The notes under the pieces were generated by a model that worked only from the letters and a program-made list of their open reading frames with translations, searched no databases and was not told the DNA's origin. A stretch of DNA of 63,530 bases, counting the filler, from Candidatus Tectimicrobiota bacterium (lineage in GTDB: Bacteria > JACPSX01), in assembly GCA_016193065.1 (NCBI GenBank). It is 9 parts of 9 records of this genome, joined end to end, with 100 filler letters (N's around TTAATTAATTAA, not from the genome) between each part and the next. Parts side by side here need not be neighbours in the genome. Positions count along the whole stretch, not along the records: positions 19,985 to 30,259 come from JACPSX010000283.1; positions 30,360 to 47,138 come from JACPSX010000052.1; 7 more parts are not named here. One strand, 5' to 3'. Below, in pieces: positions 28,664 to 41,323 of the stretch. The position numbers and the translations under genes were made by a program. Positions within the stretch are counted from its first letter, which is position 1. Every line of letters starts with the position of its first letter.

Positions 28664-29047
28664 TCATTGCAGGCTCCAGGGCCATGAGGAGATGGACGTG
28701 ATCAGAAGAGAGGCTGCAGCCAGGGCGATGTTTTTCCAGAAATGGTGCATCTGGTTCATGCGGATCATGGGGTCCTTCTCCGCCCAGAAGTTGTGCATCT
28801 TATAGGCGCTCGCAATGAGGAAGATCACCAGCAACCATCCTCCAATCACCGGCTGGTAGCCCAGCAGGATACTCAACCCACCCGCCAGCATCAGTAGTGC
28901 GGTGCCCACAACGGCCAGGCCGGGAGCCGGAACCCCCTTGCTGCGGGAGTATGCAGTCATCTGCTTCAATTCGACAATGTTATAGATACCGCGCCAGACG
29001 AAGAAGCCCCCAAAGACAATGCGACCAATCAGGAAGAGAACATTCAT
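28664..29047 (-). CDS. DoxX-family membrane protein (paralog of 26778-27161)
   Basis: Near-identical termini MNVLFLIGRIVFGGFF ... ISSWPWSLQ. Confidence 0.9.
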   Translation of the reverse strand: MNVLFLIGRIVFGGFFVWRGIYNIVELKQMTAYSRSKGVPAPGLAVVGTALLMLAGGLSILLGYQPVIGGWLLVIFLIASAYKMHNFWAEKDPMIRMNQMHHFWKNIALAAASLLITSISSWPWSLQ

Positions 29048-29107
29048 GACTCTTCTCCTTTCTCGAAGTTGTCCTTCCCAGAAAAACACCCGCCCCCAAA
29101 ACCGGGT

Positions 29108-29330
29108 TTAAGGTCGACACGCCGAACCGGTTCTCCGTTTCTCCGTAAGCACCCAGTCGATCTCTAACGAGTCTTCTTTCAAGAAAACGCCGTAGGCGGC
29201 CTGGGCGGTCGCTATGGACACATAGCCGCGCCCGACGTCCCGGACGACCCGCTCCACTTCCCTGTGGAGCGGGTCTCCGTATCCACCGCCTCCCGGGTAC
29301 TCGATGAGGATGCGGTCTTCCCTGGAGAAG
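29108..29330 (-). pseudogene. C-terminal remnant of hydantoinase B/oxoprolinase
   Basis: EYPGGGGYGDPLHREVERVVRDVGRGYVSIATAQAAYGV; no start codon, upstream in-frame stop. Confidence 0.75.
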
Positions 29331-29523
29331 ATGGATCCGCATTCGTTAGAGACGGCAAGGACCCCGCCCCCATGGGATCGAAGTCCCCTCGCACAGTTTG
29401 CAAAAAACTTTCAAGAAGTTGGAGTCCAATTCTCAAGCCCTTGAGGTCTAACTGTCAAGGCTTTTTCGAAGAAGTTACGCGAAAGAGTACCGTCGTCTGG
29501 AAAAAATGCCAGCGGCCCCTGCC

Positions 29524-30259
29524 CTATTCCGCCGGCTTTTGCCGGAGGTGCTTGGGGATGACCAGGTTCTCCAGCAACTCAAAGGCAAACTCGGCGAGGA
29601 CGGCCAGCAGCGCGGCGGGAACCGCGCCTTCCAAAATCAGAGAGGGATCATTCAGAGCGAGCCCGGTCACAATCGGCTCACCCAGACCCCCGGCTCCGAT
29701 GAAGGCGGCCAGCGTGGCTGTGCCGATGTTGATGACGGCGGCCGTCTTGATGCCGGCCAGAATCATCGGAGCGCCCAGAGGGAGCTCGACGTGCCGCAGC
29801 CGCTGCCAGGCGGTGAGGCCCATGCCCACGGCGACTTTTTTCAGCACCGGATCGATGGAAAACAGGGCGGCCGCCGTGTTCCTCAAAATGGGAAGAAGCG
29901 CGTACAGAAAAAGCGCCACGATGGCGGGCGTGGGGCCGATCCCAAGCAGTGGGATCATGAAGGCCAGGAGAGCGATGGAGGGGATGGTCTGCAGCAACCC
30001 CGCCACGTAAATGACCGGCCGGGAGATCACGCGCAGCCGGTAGACGAAAACTCCAAAGGGGATCGCCACGGCCATCGCCGCCAGGAGTGCAATCAGGGTC
30101 AGCTTGAGGTGCGTGGCGACACGGGAGAGCAAGGTGACCCACTTACCCGGCTCCACGAAACCGCCCTGGCCGTGCAGCAACCCTTTTTTGCTTAGAAACC
30201 CCCGGGCGATTTCCGCAAAGCTCTTCCCCTCCAGAACGGCCATTCCGTTGAGTTCCTGC
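29524..30259 (-). CDS. Osmoprotectant (glycine betaine) ABC permease, fused type (5' truncated)
   Basis: LQTIPSIALL, YALLPILRNT, VELPL, AAFIGAGGLG. Confidence 0.88.
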
Positions 30260-30359
30260 NNNNNNNNNNNNNNNNNNNNNNNNNNNNNNNNNNNNNNNNN
30301 NNNTTAATTAATTAANNNNNNNNNNNNNNNNNNNNNNNNNNNNNNNNNNNNNNNNNNNN

Positions 30360-31180
30360 ACCCAGGTGCAGGCGACGCAGACGGCGGTGGCGGCGGCTAC
30401 TGCTGCGACTGCGGGGAATGCGCAGGCGGCCCAGTTTGCCACGCAGCAGGCCCAGCAAGCGGCGACTCTGGCCACGCAGTCCACGCAGTCGGTGGCGGCG
30501 GGCGTGCAGGCAGTGGCCCAGACCCAGGCGACCAATCCTCAGGCGGCGGTGGCGGCGGCGCAGGCGACCCAGCAGGCGACTCAGGCGACGCAGATGGCGG
30601 TGGGTGTGGTCAGCAACGTTGCCAATACGGCGGTGACGACTTCGTTGGCTCAGGCTCAACAAGGGGTGGCCCAATCGCAGGCGGCGGTGGCGGCGGCGCA
30701 GGTGGCGCAGCAGGCGGCGGCGCAGGTGAGCACGTTGGCGCAAGCGGCAGTGGTGGCGGCGCAGAGTGCTTCGCAGGCGACGGGGGCGGCGGCCCAGCAG
30801 GCGGCGGCTCAGATAGTGCAAGCGGTTCAACAGGCGGCGGAGACCCAGGTGCAGGCGACGCAGGCGGCAGTGGCGGCGGCTACGGCGGCGGCGGCGGGAA
30901 ATGTGCAGGCGGCGCAGTTTGCCACGCAGCAGGCCCAGCAGGCGGCGACTCTGTCCACGCAGTCCTCACAGTCGGTGGCGGCGGGCGTGCAGGCAGCGGC
31001 CAGGGCTGAGGCGGCCAATCCGCAAGCGGCCCAGGCAGCGGCGCAGGCGGCCCAGAGTGCGACTCAGGCAGCGCAGACAGCGGTGGGTGCAGTCAGCAAT
31101 GTGGTCAACACGGCGGTGACGGCATCGGTGGCGCAAGCTCAGCAAGGGGTGGCCCAGTCGCAGGCGGCGGTGGCGACGGC
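30360..31180 (+). repeat. Internal tandem duplication with a 483-nt (161-codon) period
   Basis: ACCCAGGTGCAGGCGACGCAG at 30360 and 30843 with about 330 nt of continued similarity. Confidence 0.85.
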
Positions 31181-32207
31181 GCAGCAAGCCACCCAGGCGG
31201 CCTCCCAGACGGCGACTGCAGCGGCCCAGGGGAACGTGGCGCGGGCGTTGCAAGGGGCACAGCAGACACAGACACTGTCTACGCAGGTACAGACGCAGAC
31301 GGCGGCGCAGACTCCCACGGCTCCGGCACCTCCGACCCAGGCCGCAGCCCCGCCGCCGGCGGCAGCCCCGGTCTTTTCCGGGTTTACGCCCCCATCCCCA
31401 TCGGTCGGGGGAGGAACAGTCACGACGACTACGACCGCCGCCGCCACAACGCCCAGCGCCTATCCGAGACCGGCGCTCGGGAGTCTTCTTACAAACTCAA
31501 CGGCAACGGGAGTCCATGGACTCTCCAATGATGGTTCCGAGCTGGTGGTTTTTGACGGATTCGCGTTTCCGTACTTCGTTGAAACGTACCCCCACGTTTA
31601 CGTGAACGCCAATGGGAACCTCACGTTTGCGGGAGGCGACGACGATCATTCGGGCGATTTGCTGAGTCGAGTCGCGAATTCCTGGGTGCGAATCGTGCCC
31701 CTGTACGCAGATTTCAATATCCAGGGCAATACGAATCCGAATAGTTCTCTCGGAACGATTCATACGGCTCAGAGGACTTCGAGCTTTTCAGTGACGTGGA
31801 AAAACGTGAACTCTCACAATGTTCCCGGAAACCAGGATACCACCTTTCGGATCACGCTATTCAGTACGGGCGCCATTGAAATGAGCTACCAGACAATTGC
31901 ACCAAAAGTCCAGGGAAGCACTCGAGACAACGTCTTTGTCGCTCTGATTCCCGGGGGTGGTCTTGAAACGGACATCCTGAGCGTGATCCTGAGTGCCGGA
32001 GGAGGCGGCAGCGCAGGCAGGCAGGTGATCAGCCAGATCTTCACTCAGAATAATGGCGGAAACATCAGCACAGATCTGGAAGGGAAAAATCTGCTCTTTG
32101 TGCCGAATGCCTCGGGGGGCTTTGACCTGATCGTGGCGCCTTTGACTGAAACAGATCCATCGGGAATTATCCCGGGTCCGCCGGAGATCGCGAGTCCTTC
32201 GATCTAG
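30360..32207 (+). CDS. Ala/Gln-rich repetitive surface/secreted protein with C-terminal NIDO-like beta domain (5' truncated)
   Basis: AQT-rich helical repeats, Pro/Thr linker, then GFAFPYF...VYVNANGNLTF...IVPLYADF...TFRITLFSTGAIEMSY. Confidence 0.7.
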   Translation, partial: TQVQATQTAVAAATAATAGNAQAAQFATQQAQQAATLATQSTQSVAAGVQAVAQTQATNPQAAVAAAQATQQATQATQMAVGVVSNVANTAVTTSLAQAQQGVAQSQAAVAAAQVAQQAAAQVSTLAQAAVVAAQSASQATGAAAQQAAAQIVQAVQQAAETQVQATQAAVAAATAAAAGNVQAAQFATQQAQQAATLSTQSSQSVAAGVQAAARAEAANPQAAQAAAQAAQSATQAAQTAVGAVSNVVNTAVTASVAQAQQGVAQSQAAVATAQQATQAASQTATAAAQGNVARALQGAQQTQTLSTQVQTQTAAQTPTAPAPPTQAAAPPPAAAPVFSGFTPPSPSVGGGTVTTTTTAAATTPSAYPRPALGSLLTNSTATGVHGLSNDGSELVVFDGFAFPYFVETYPHVYVNANGNLTFAGGDDDHSGDLLSRVANSWVRIVPLYADFNIQGNTNPNSSLGTIHTAQRTSSFSVTWKNVNSHNVPGNQDTTFRITLFSTGAIEMSYQTIAPKVQGSTRDNVFVALIPGGGLETDILSVILSAGGGGSAGRQVISQIFTQNNGGNISTDLEGKNLLFVPNASGGFDLIVAPLTETDPSGIIPGPPEIASPSI

Positions 32208-32406
32208 CGGGCAGGCTTCTCACCTTAGTCCTCTAAAGGGAAAAGACCTCCGCGTGCAGGTGGCGAGGTTCCTCTGCTCTTTCCCACCGGCTGTCCTTGA
32301 AATGATGGAAAAGGTAGAGGTTAGGGGATTCCATCAACCGCGAAAGTGACACGGGTCGGGAACCGGATCCACGTCGGCTTCAGTCAGGAGATCGCTCACC
32401 CTCGAG

Positions 32407-32640
32407 TCACCTGGCCGTGTCCAGGGATCCCGCCTCAGAGGACTTGTCCTCGCGACTCTCGCGCTTTTCCGCGGCCCGGGTCAGATGGATGTCGGACCAC
32501 TTGATCTGTGCGTCCAGGATGGACCGGATCGCCAGGAGCAGCTCCTTCTGGCTGTTGACTAAATGCTTTGCAGTCTCCCCTGGCAGGTACGATAGGGACG
32601 TAGCGATGAGATTGTTGAAAAACCCTCTCATGCCGGCCAT
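32407..32640 (-). CDS. Small hypothetical protein (77 aa)
   Basis: GGAGG RBS; helical LPGETAKHLVNSQKELLLAIRSILD. Confidence 0.6.
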   Translation of the reverse strand: MAGMRGFFNNLIATSLSYLPGETAKHLVNSQKELLLAIRSILDAQIKWSDIHLTRAAEKRESREDKSSEAGSLDTAR

Positions 32641-32791
32641 TGTTCTCCCTCCTTCCTTCCGCGCTAATCTCTCCAAAAGTAAATATATCACGAGGCAGGC
32701 CGGGCGGCTATGCGCTCTGTTTCCCCCCCCATCCCGAAGGGGGGGGAAGGGTCTAAGAAAACGGAGTTAGCAGGAGGTAGGTGGGAGCCTT

Positions 32792-37333
<4,542 letters not shown>

Positions 37334-37600
37334 GGGGTTTTCCGTTCCGGAGCCTTGGGGCTTGAGTATCGAGTTTGCAGAGAGCAGGAGGGAAATGCCA
37401 GCGGCGCCAACCCGTCTCGCGATGGTCCGGAAGGCGGTGCCTCGAAGCCCCCTCTCGGCACACACCATAATGCGTTGTTTTTAAATAACACGAAATGAGG
37501 GAATGGTCAACTTTCTTTTTGCCAAAGCTTGACCTTTTGTTGAAATCCCCTTTATAATTTTGGAAAAGTCGGCCTTTTGCTTAACAAACTTCGGACAGGG

Positions 37601-38068
37601 ATGCTTGTGGATAAAACAGACCTGAAAATTCTCGAGATCTTGCAGGACAACTGTCGCATCTCCTTGCGGGATATTGCGCGTTCCGTCGGTTTGTCCTCTC
37701 CTTCCGTGGTGGAAAGGATCCGCAAGCTGGAGAAAAAGGGAATCCTGAGGGGCTACCGGGCGATTGTCGATGCCAGGAAAGTGGGGAAGGATATTACGGC
37801 CTTCATCGGCGTCTCGGTGAGCCACCCCCAGCAAATCGGGAGCTTCGAAAAGGAAATTGAAAAAGTGGAGGACATCCTCGAATGCCACCACGTGACCGGG
37901 GATCACACCTTCATGCTCAAAGTGAAAACAGAAAACACCTCGACACTGGAAAATCTTATCCGCCAGATCCGATCCATCGAGGGGGTTACCCGTACTCTGA
38001 CCAGCGTGGTCCTTTCCACACCGATCGAAAAAACCGCCCTCCACTTCAATTCCCAGGTGGAAGAATAA
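37601..38068 (+). CDS. Lrp/AsnC-family transcriptional regulator, divergent from gltB
   Basis: DKTDLKILEILQDN..VGLSSPSVVERIRKLE, ECHHVTGD. Confidence 0.93.
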   Translation: MLVDKTDLKILEILQDNCRISLRDIARSVGLSSPSVVERIRKLEKKGILRGYRAIVDARKVGKDITAFIGVSVSHPQQIGSFEKEIEKVEDILECHHVTGDHTFMLKVKTENTSTLENLIRQIRSIEGVTRTLTSVVLSTPIEKTALHFNSQVEE

Positions 38069-38132
38069 CTTCAAGCACTCAGCATTCAGCTATCAGCCCC
38101 GAAAATCTCACCGCACCTCGGACAACAGAAGG

Positions 38133-38336
38133 TTTCCCATATCCTCCCAAGGGGTAGCCCCCGCCGGCGACCTTCTATTGCTCCTGCTGAAAGGGACCGG
38201 GTGTGCCCCGAACGGGCGACTGAAAGTTTTGCAGGCGTCGTCGCCGGAAAGCTTGAATCTCCTCGCATGCGAAAGAGAACCGACCCTCAATTGCGCTCGT
38301 GCGCAAAAGTTTCCTGGAGCCCCAAGGGGCACCCCG
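38133..38336 (+). repeat. Partial copy of the MITE-like repeat
   Basis: GGGGTAGCCC...GACCGGGTGTGCCCCG..GGGCGAC..AAGTTTTGCAGGCG, shared with 14959-15068. Confidence 0.75.
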
Positions 38337-38351
38337 GTCTCCTTTTGGAAT

Positions 38352-39482
38352 TTAGAGTTGGAGAACTTTCGGAGCGCGGGTCAGGTTCTCGCAACCCTCT
38401 TCCCGAACCACGACCACGTCCTCGATGCGCACCCCCCCGATGCCGGGGTAGTAGAGTCCGGGCTCGACGGTAACTACGTTGCCGGACTGCAGGACCCCTC
38501 CCCCCTTTCCGAGGCGGGGGAGTTCATGAATGTCGAGCCCGAGCCCGTGGCCTGTCCCGTGGAAAAAACCCTGCTGGCGCCCGTTCACTTCCCCGGTCTG
38601 GAAGCCGAGCCGTTCCAGGCGGGAAGAGACGGCCTCGTGTACCTCCTGACCTGTCACACCGGCTTTAATGCGGGAAAAGGCCTCTTCCTGAGCAGCTAAG
38701 ACCCCGTCAAAAAGTCTCTTGAGTTCGACCGAAGGCGTGCCTTTAACCACCGTGCGGGTAATGTCCGCGTGATAACGGCTGCCCAGGGAGCGGGGGAAGA
38801 CGTCAATGATGATCGACTGATGGGGGAGGAGGGGCCCTTTACCCTCTTCGTGGGGATCACACCCCTGATCACTGCAGGCCACGATTGTCTGCTCGGCAAC
38901 ACAATCGCGATCCAGAAGGCCGTGGTGAATCAGGCGCCGTAGACCCTCGGCGGTCAGTGGCTGGGAACCCTGGTACAGAAGGCCATTGCGGATCGTACTT
39001 TGGCGGATGGTCTCCAGGGCCAGCTCCAGCACCTCTTCGGTGGCCCGCAGAGCCTGGGTCATGTGGGCGATCTCCTCGGCAGACTTTCGCAAGCGCTCAT
39101 CCCAGAAGGGATCTTTTTTGAAGTTGACGCGATAACCCCTGGATCGCAGGGAATCGGCAAGTTCAAGACCGAAAGAGGCCGGGACGAGAAGCGTACCGAT
39201 GCTCCGTTCCTTCAGGATCTCTGCAATCAGTTCGGCCTGGCCGGGCTCCAGGGAACCCTGCTGCCGGAGCCGCTCAGAGTACCGGCTCAGAGGCAGGATC
39301 TCATCCACGGCTGCCTGGGCTCGAGCCCGATCGAGCTCCAAGTCGCTGACGGCAATCCACTTGCGGGAGGTGGTCTGGAGGAAGATGAAGGGGTCGGGGG
39401 CCAAAAAGCGGCTGGCGTAGTACATGTCCGCGTTGATCGTGCTTGCCGCTACGACCAGGATTGCCTCGTGGGATTGGTTCAT
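38352..39482 (-). CDS. Xaa-Pro aminopeptidase (M24 family)
   Basis: IIIDVFPR, ADITRT, HGTGHGLGLDIHE, TVEPGLY, GVRIED. Confidence 0.93.
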   Translation of the reverse strand: MNQSHEAILVVAASTINADMYYASRFLAPDPFIFLQTTSRKWIAVSDLELDRARAQAAVDEILPLSRYSERLRQQGSLEPGQAELIAEILKERSIGTLLVPASFGLELADSLRSRGYRVNFKKDPFWDERLRKSAEEIAHMTQALRATEEVLELALETIRQSTIRNGLLYQGSQPLTAEGLRRLIHHGLLDRDCVAEQTIVACSDQGCDPHEEGKGPLLPHQSIIIDVFPRSLGSRYHADITRTVVKGTPSVELKRLFDGVLAAQEEAFSRIKAGVTGQEVHEAVSSRLERLGFQTGEVNGRQQGFFHGTGHGLGLDIHELPRLGKGGGVLQSGNVVTVEPGLYYPGIGGVRIEDVVVVREEGCENLTRAPKVLQL

Positions 39483-39569
39483 GATCGAACTCGTCCTCTG
39501 GAAACGGGGTCTCCCTGCCTTGTAAAACTATAGCACATGCTGCGCTCGGGCAACAGAAGACCACGGGCG

Positions 39570-39700
39570 AAGTCCTCGGGGTGCCCCCTTGGGCTCACGA
39601 AGCGCTTGCGACGTGAGTTGCGTCGGCCGGATTGAGAGTTCTCTTCCTCGCAACCGCTTAGATCGCCTACGGGGGCAACCCCTCGGACAGGATGGGGAAG
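39570..39700 (-). repeat. Partial copy of the MITE-like repeat (second-half module)
   Basis: Reverse complement aligns with 44221-44340 (GGGGTTGCCCCCG.AGGCGA.CTAAG...GAGCCCAAGGGGGCAC). Confidence 0.75.
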
Positions 39701-39740
39701 CTTTCCATTGTCCAATGTGCAAGATGCTTGATGGCTAGGA

Positions 39741-40132
39741 GGGGCGGCGCCTGCAAAACTTTAAGTCGCCCGTTCGGGGCACACCCGGTCCCTTTCTACA
39801 AAAGCAATATAAGGTTGCCCGCGGGGGCTACCCCCTCAGGTAGAGACGACCGAAGAGGCTGCCCGATCCGCCTTGAGCGTAACTGCCGGGAGCAACGGCA
39901 CCCAAAGGGTACCCGACCGGGAGCGGCCAGGGATGGGAAACCGCGCAGCCAGAACGCGCTTTCAGATAGCTGGAAACATATCGTGGCGGTAGGGGAGGGT
40001 TCCGGGTACCCGTCCTGGGTGTGGGTGCCCCGGGTCGTTGCGGAACACCCGCGAAGCGCGGGTACCCGGAAGCGAAGGGGGGGAGGGCAGTCCTCACTAC
40101 AGGAGCACATGCAGAAACTGGGGGTGGGCAAG
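39741..40132 (-). repeat. MITE-like repeat copy in reverse orientation
   Basis: Ends with the TIR motif AAACTGGGGGTGGGCAAG; body aligns in reverse complement to 14709-15070. Confidence 0.82.
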
Positions 40133-40202
40133 GGCCAGGTATCCTTGACAAGGGGGGAGGTCTCCAATAGAGTGAATTTCCAGTGCGAGGAAAGGGCGGT
40201 AG

Positions 40203-40622
40203 ATGACTTCTGAAGAGCGGGTGAGAGAGGCAAATCGCCAGTTTTATCGGGCCTTTGAGAGCCTGGATCTGGAGATCATGGAAAAGATCTGGATCAAAGA
40301 CGGCAGGGCCCAATGCATTCACCCCGGATGGCCCTTGATGAACGGATGGTCCGAGGTCCGCGAGAGCTGGTCCCGGATTTTTGCCAATACCCAGTTCATC
40401 AAGTTCACGATTGAAGAGGTCCACATCACCCTGCAGGGAGATTGGGCCTGGGTGATTTGCCTGGAAAACCTCCTCACTTTAAGCGGAGGGGGTCTAACGG
40501 AGAGCAAGGTTTTAACCACGAATATCTTTATCGAGGAGGAGGGGGTCTGGTACCTGGTCCATCACCACGGCTCCCCGCTGTTTCTCTGGGGACCTCCGGA
40601 GCAGCCTGAGGAAGTGCAGTGA
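40203..40622 (+). CDS. SnoaL-like/NTF2-family protein
   Basis: ANRQFYRAFE, CIHPGW, TNIF, WYLVHHHGS. Confidence 0.88.
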   Translation: MTSEERVREANRQFYRAFESLDLEIMEKIWIKDGRAQCIHPGWPLMNGWSEVRESWSRIFANTQFIKFTIEEVHITLQGDWAWVICLENLLTLSGGGLTESKVLTTNIFIEEEGVWYLVHHHGSPLFLWGPPEQPEEVQ

Positions 40623-41312
40623 ATTCCTCCTTAAGAAATTTCGCGGCGGAACTGCTCTGCCATGCCCTCACCACCCCTGCCAGGCTGGGGGATCTCCTCT
40701 GGTGGGTGGGGTTCTGCACCGTTGCGGATCGGGAGCATTCTCCCATGGTTTCCGCCGCTTCTCTGGAGGAAGAGGTGGGCAGGAGAGAGGAGGAAGCGCG
40801 AGACCGCGGTATGAACGTTCCCCCCCGGTCTCTGCCGGGATTTTTCCAGTTGTTCCATGAAGGTGCGCCCGCTTCCTCCGAGCCGTTTGAAGCCCAGAGA
40901 GAAGATCGCTCTTACGGACCTGGAGAAACTTTTGAGAATCGGGGCCGGGCTTTTTAACCACGGGTTGTTCTTTGAGTTTCACGAGCTCTTGGAGGAGTCC
41001 TGGTCCCGAGCTCAGGAGCCGGAAAAGCAGTTCCTGCAAGCGCTCATCCAGATCGCCGTGGGGTTTTACCGGCTGCAGGCGCGCAAGGTGCGGGGATGCC
41101 TGCAGCTTCTCCGCGAGGGGGAGGAAAAGGCGGGTCCCCTTGCCCCGGCTTGTCTGGGGCTGGAAGTGCGGGAATTTCTGGGTGGGATTGCCGCCTGCCG
41201 TTCGGCAATTGCCCGTCTGGGGGAGCGAGCCCCCGATGAATTTGATTGGGCCTCGATCCCGTTTATGAGGTCTGTCCACACTTCCCCGGGAATCGCCTCC
41301 CGGGATCGATAG
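40619..41312 (+). CDS. DUF309 domain protein, possibly split by a frameshift (ORFs 40619-40957 and 40857-41312)
   Basis: LFNHGLFFEFHELLEESW..LQALIQIAVG in the second ORF; the first ORF starts with a GTGA overlap on the SnoaL gene. Confidence 0.6.
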
Positions 41313-41323
41313 AGGAAAGCCGT

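Noticed and set aside
39692-40233. ORFs across MITE copies (14701-14958, 39692-40213, 39796-40233, 44051-44377, 47692-48177)
   Set aside because: Frames are not conserved between copies; they are translations of non-coding repeats.
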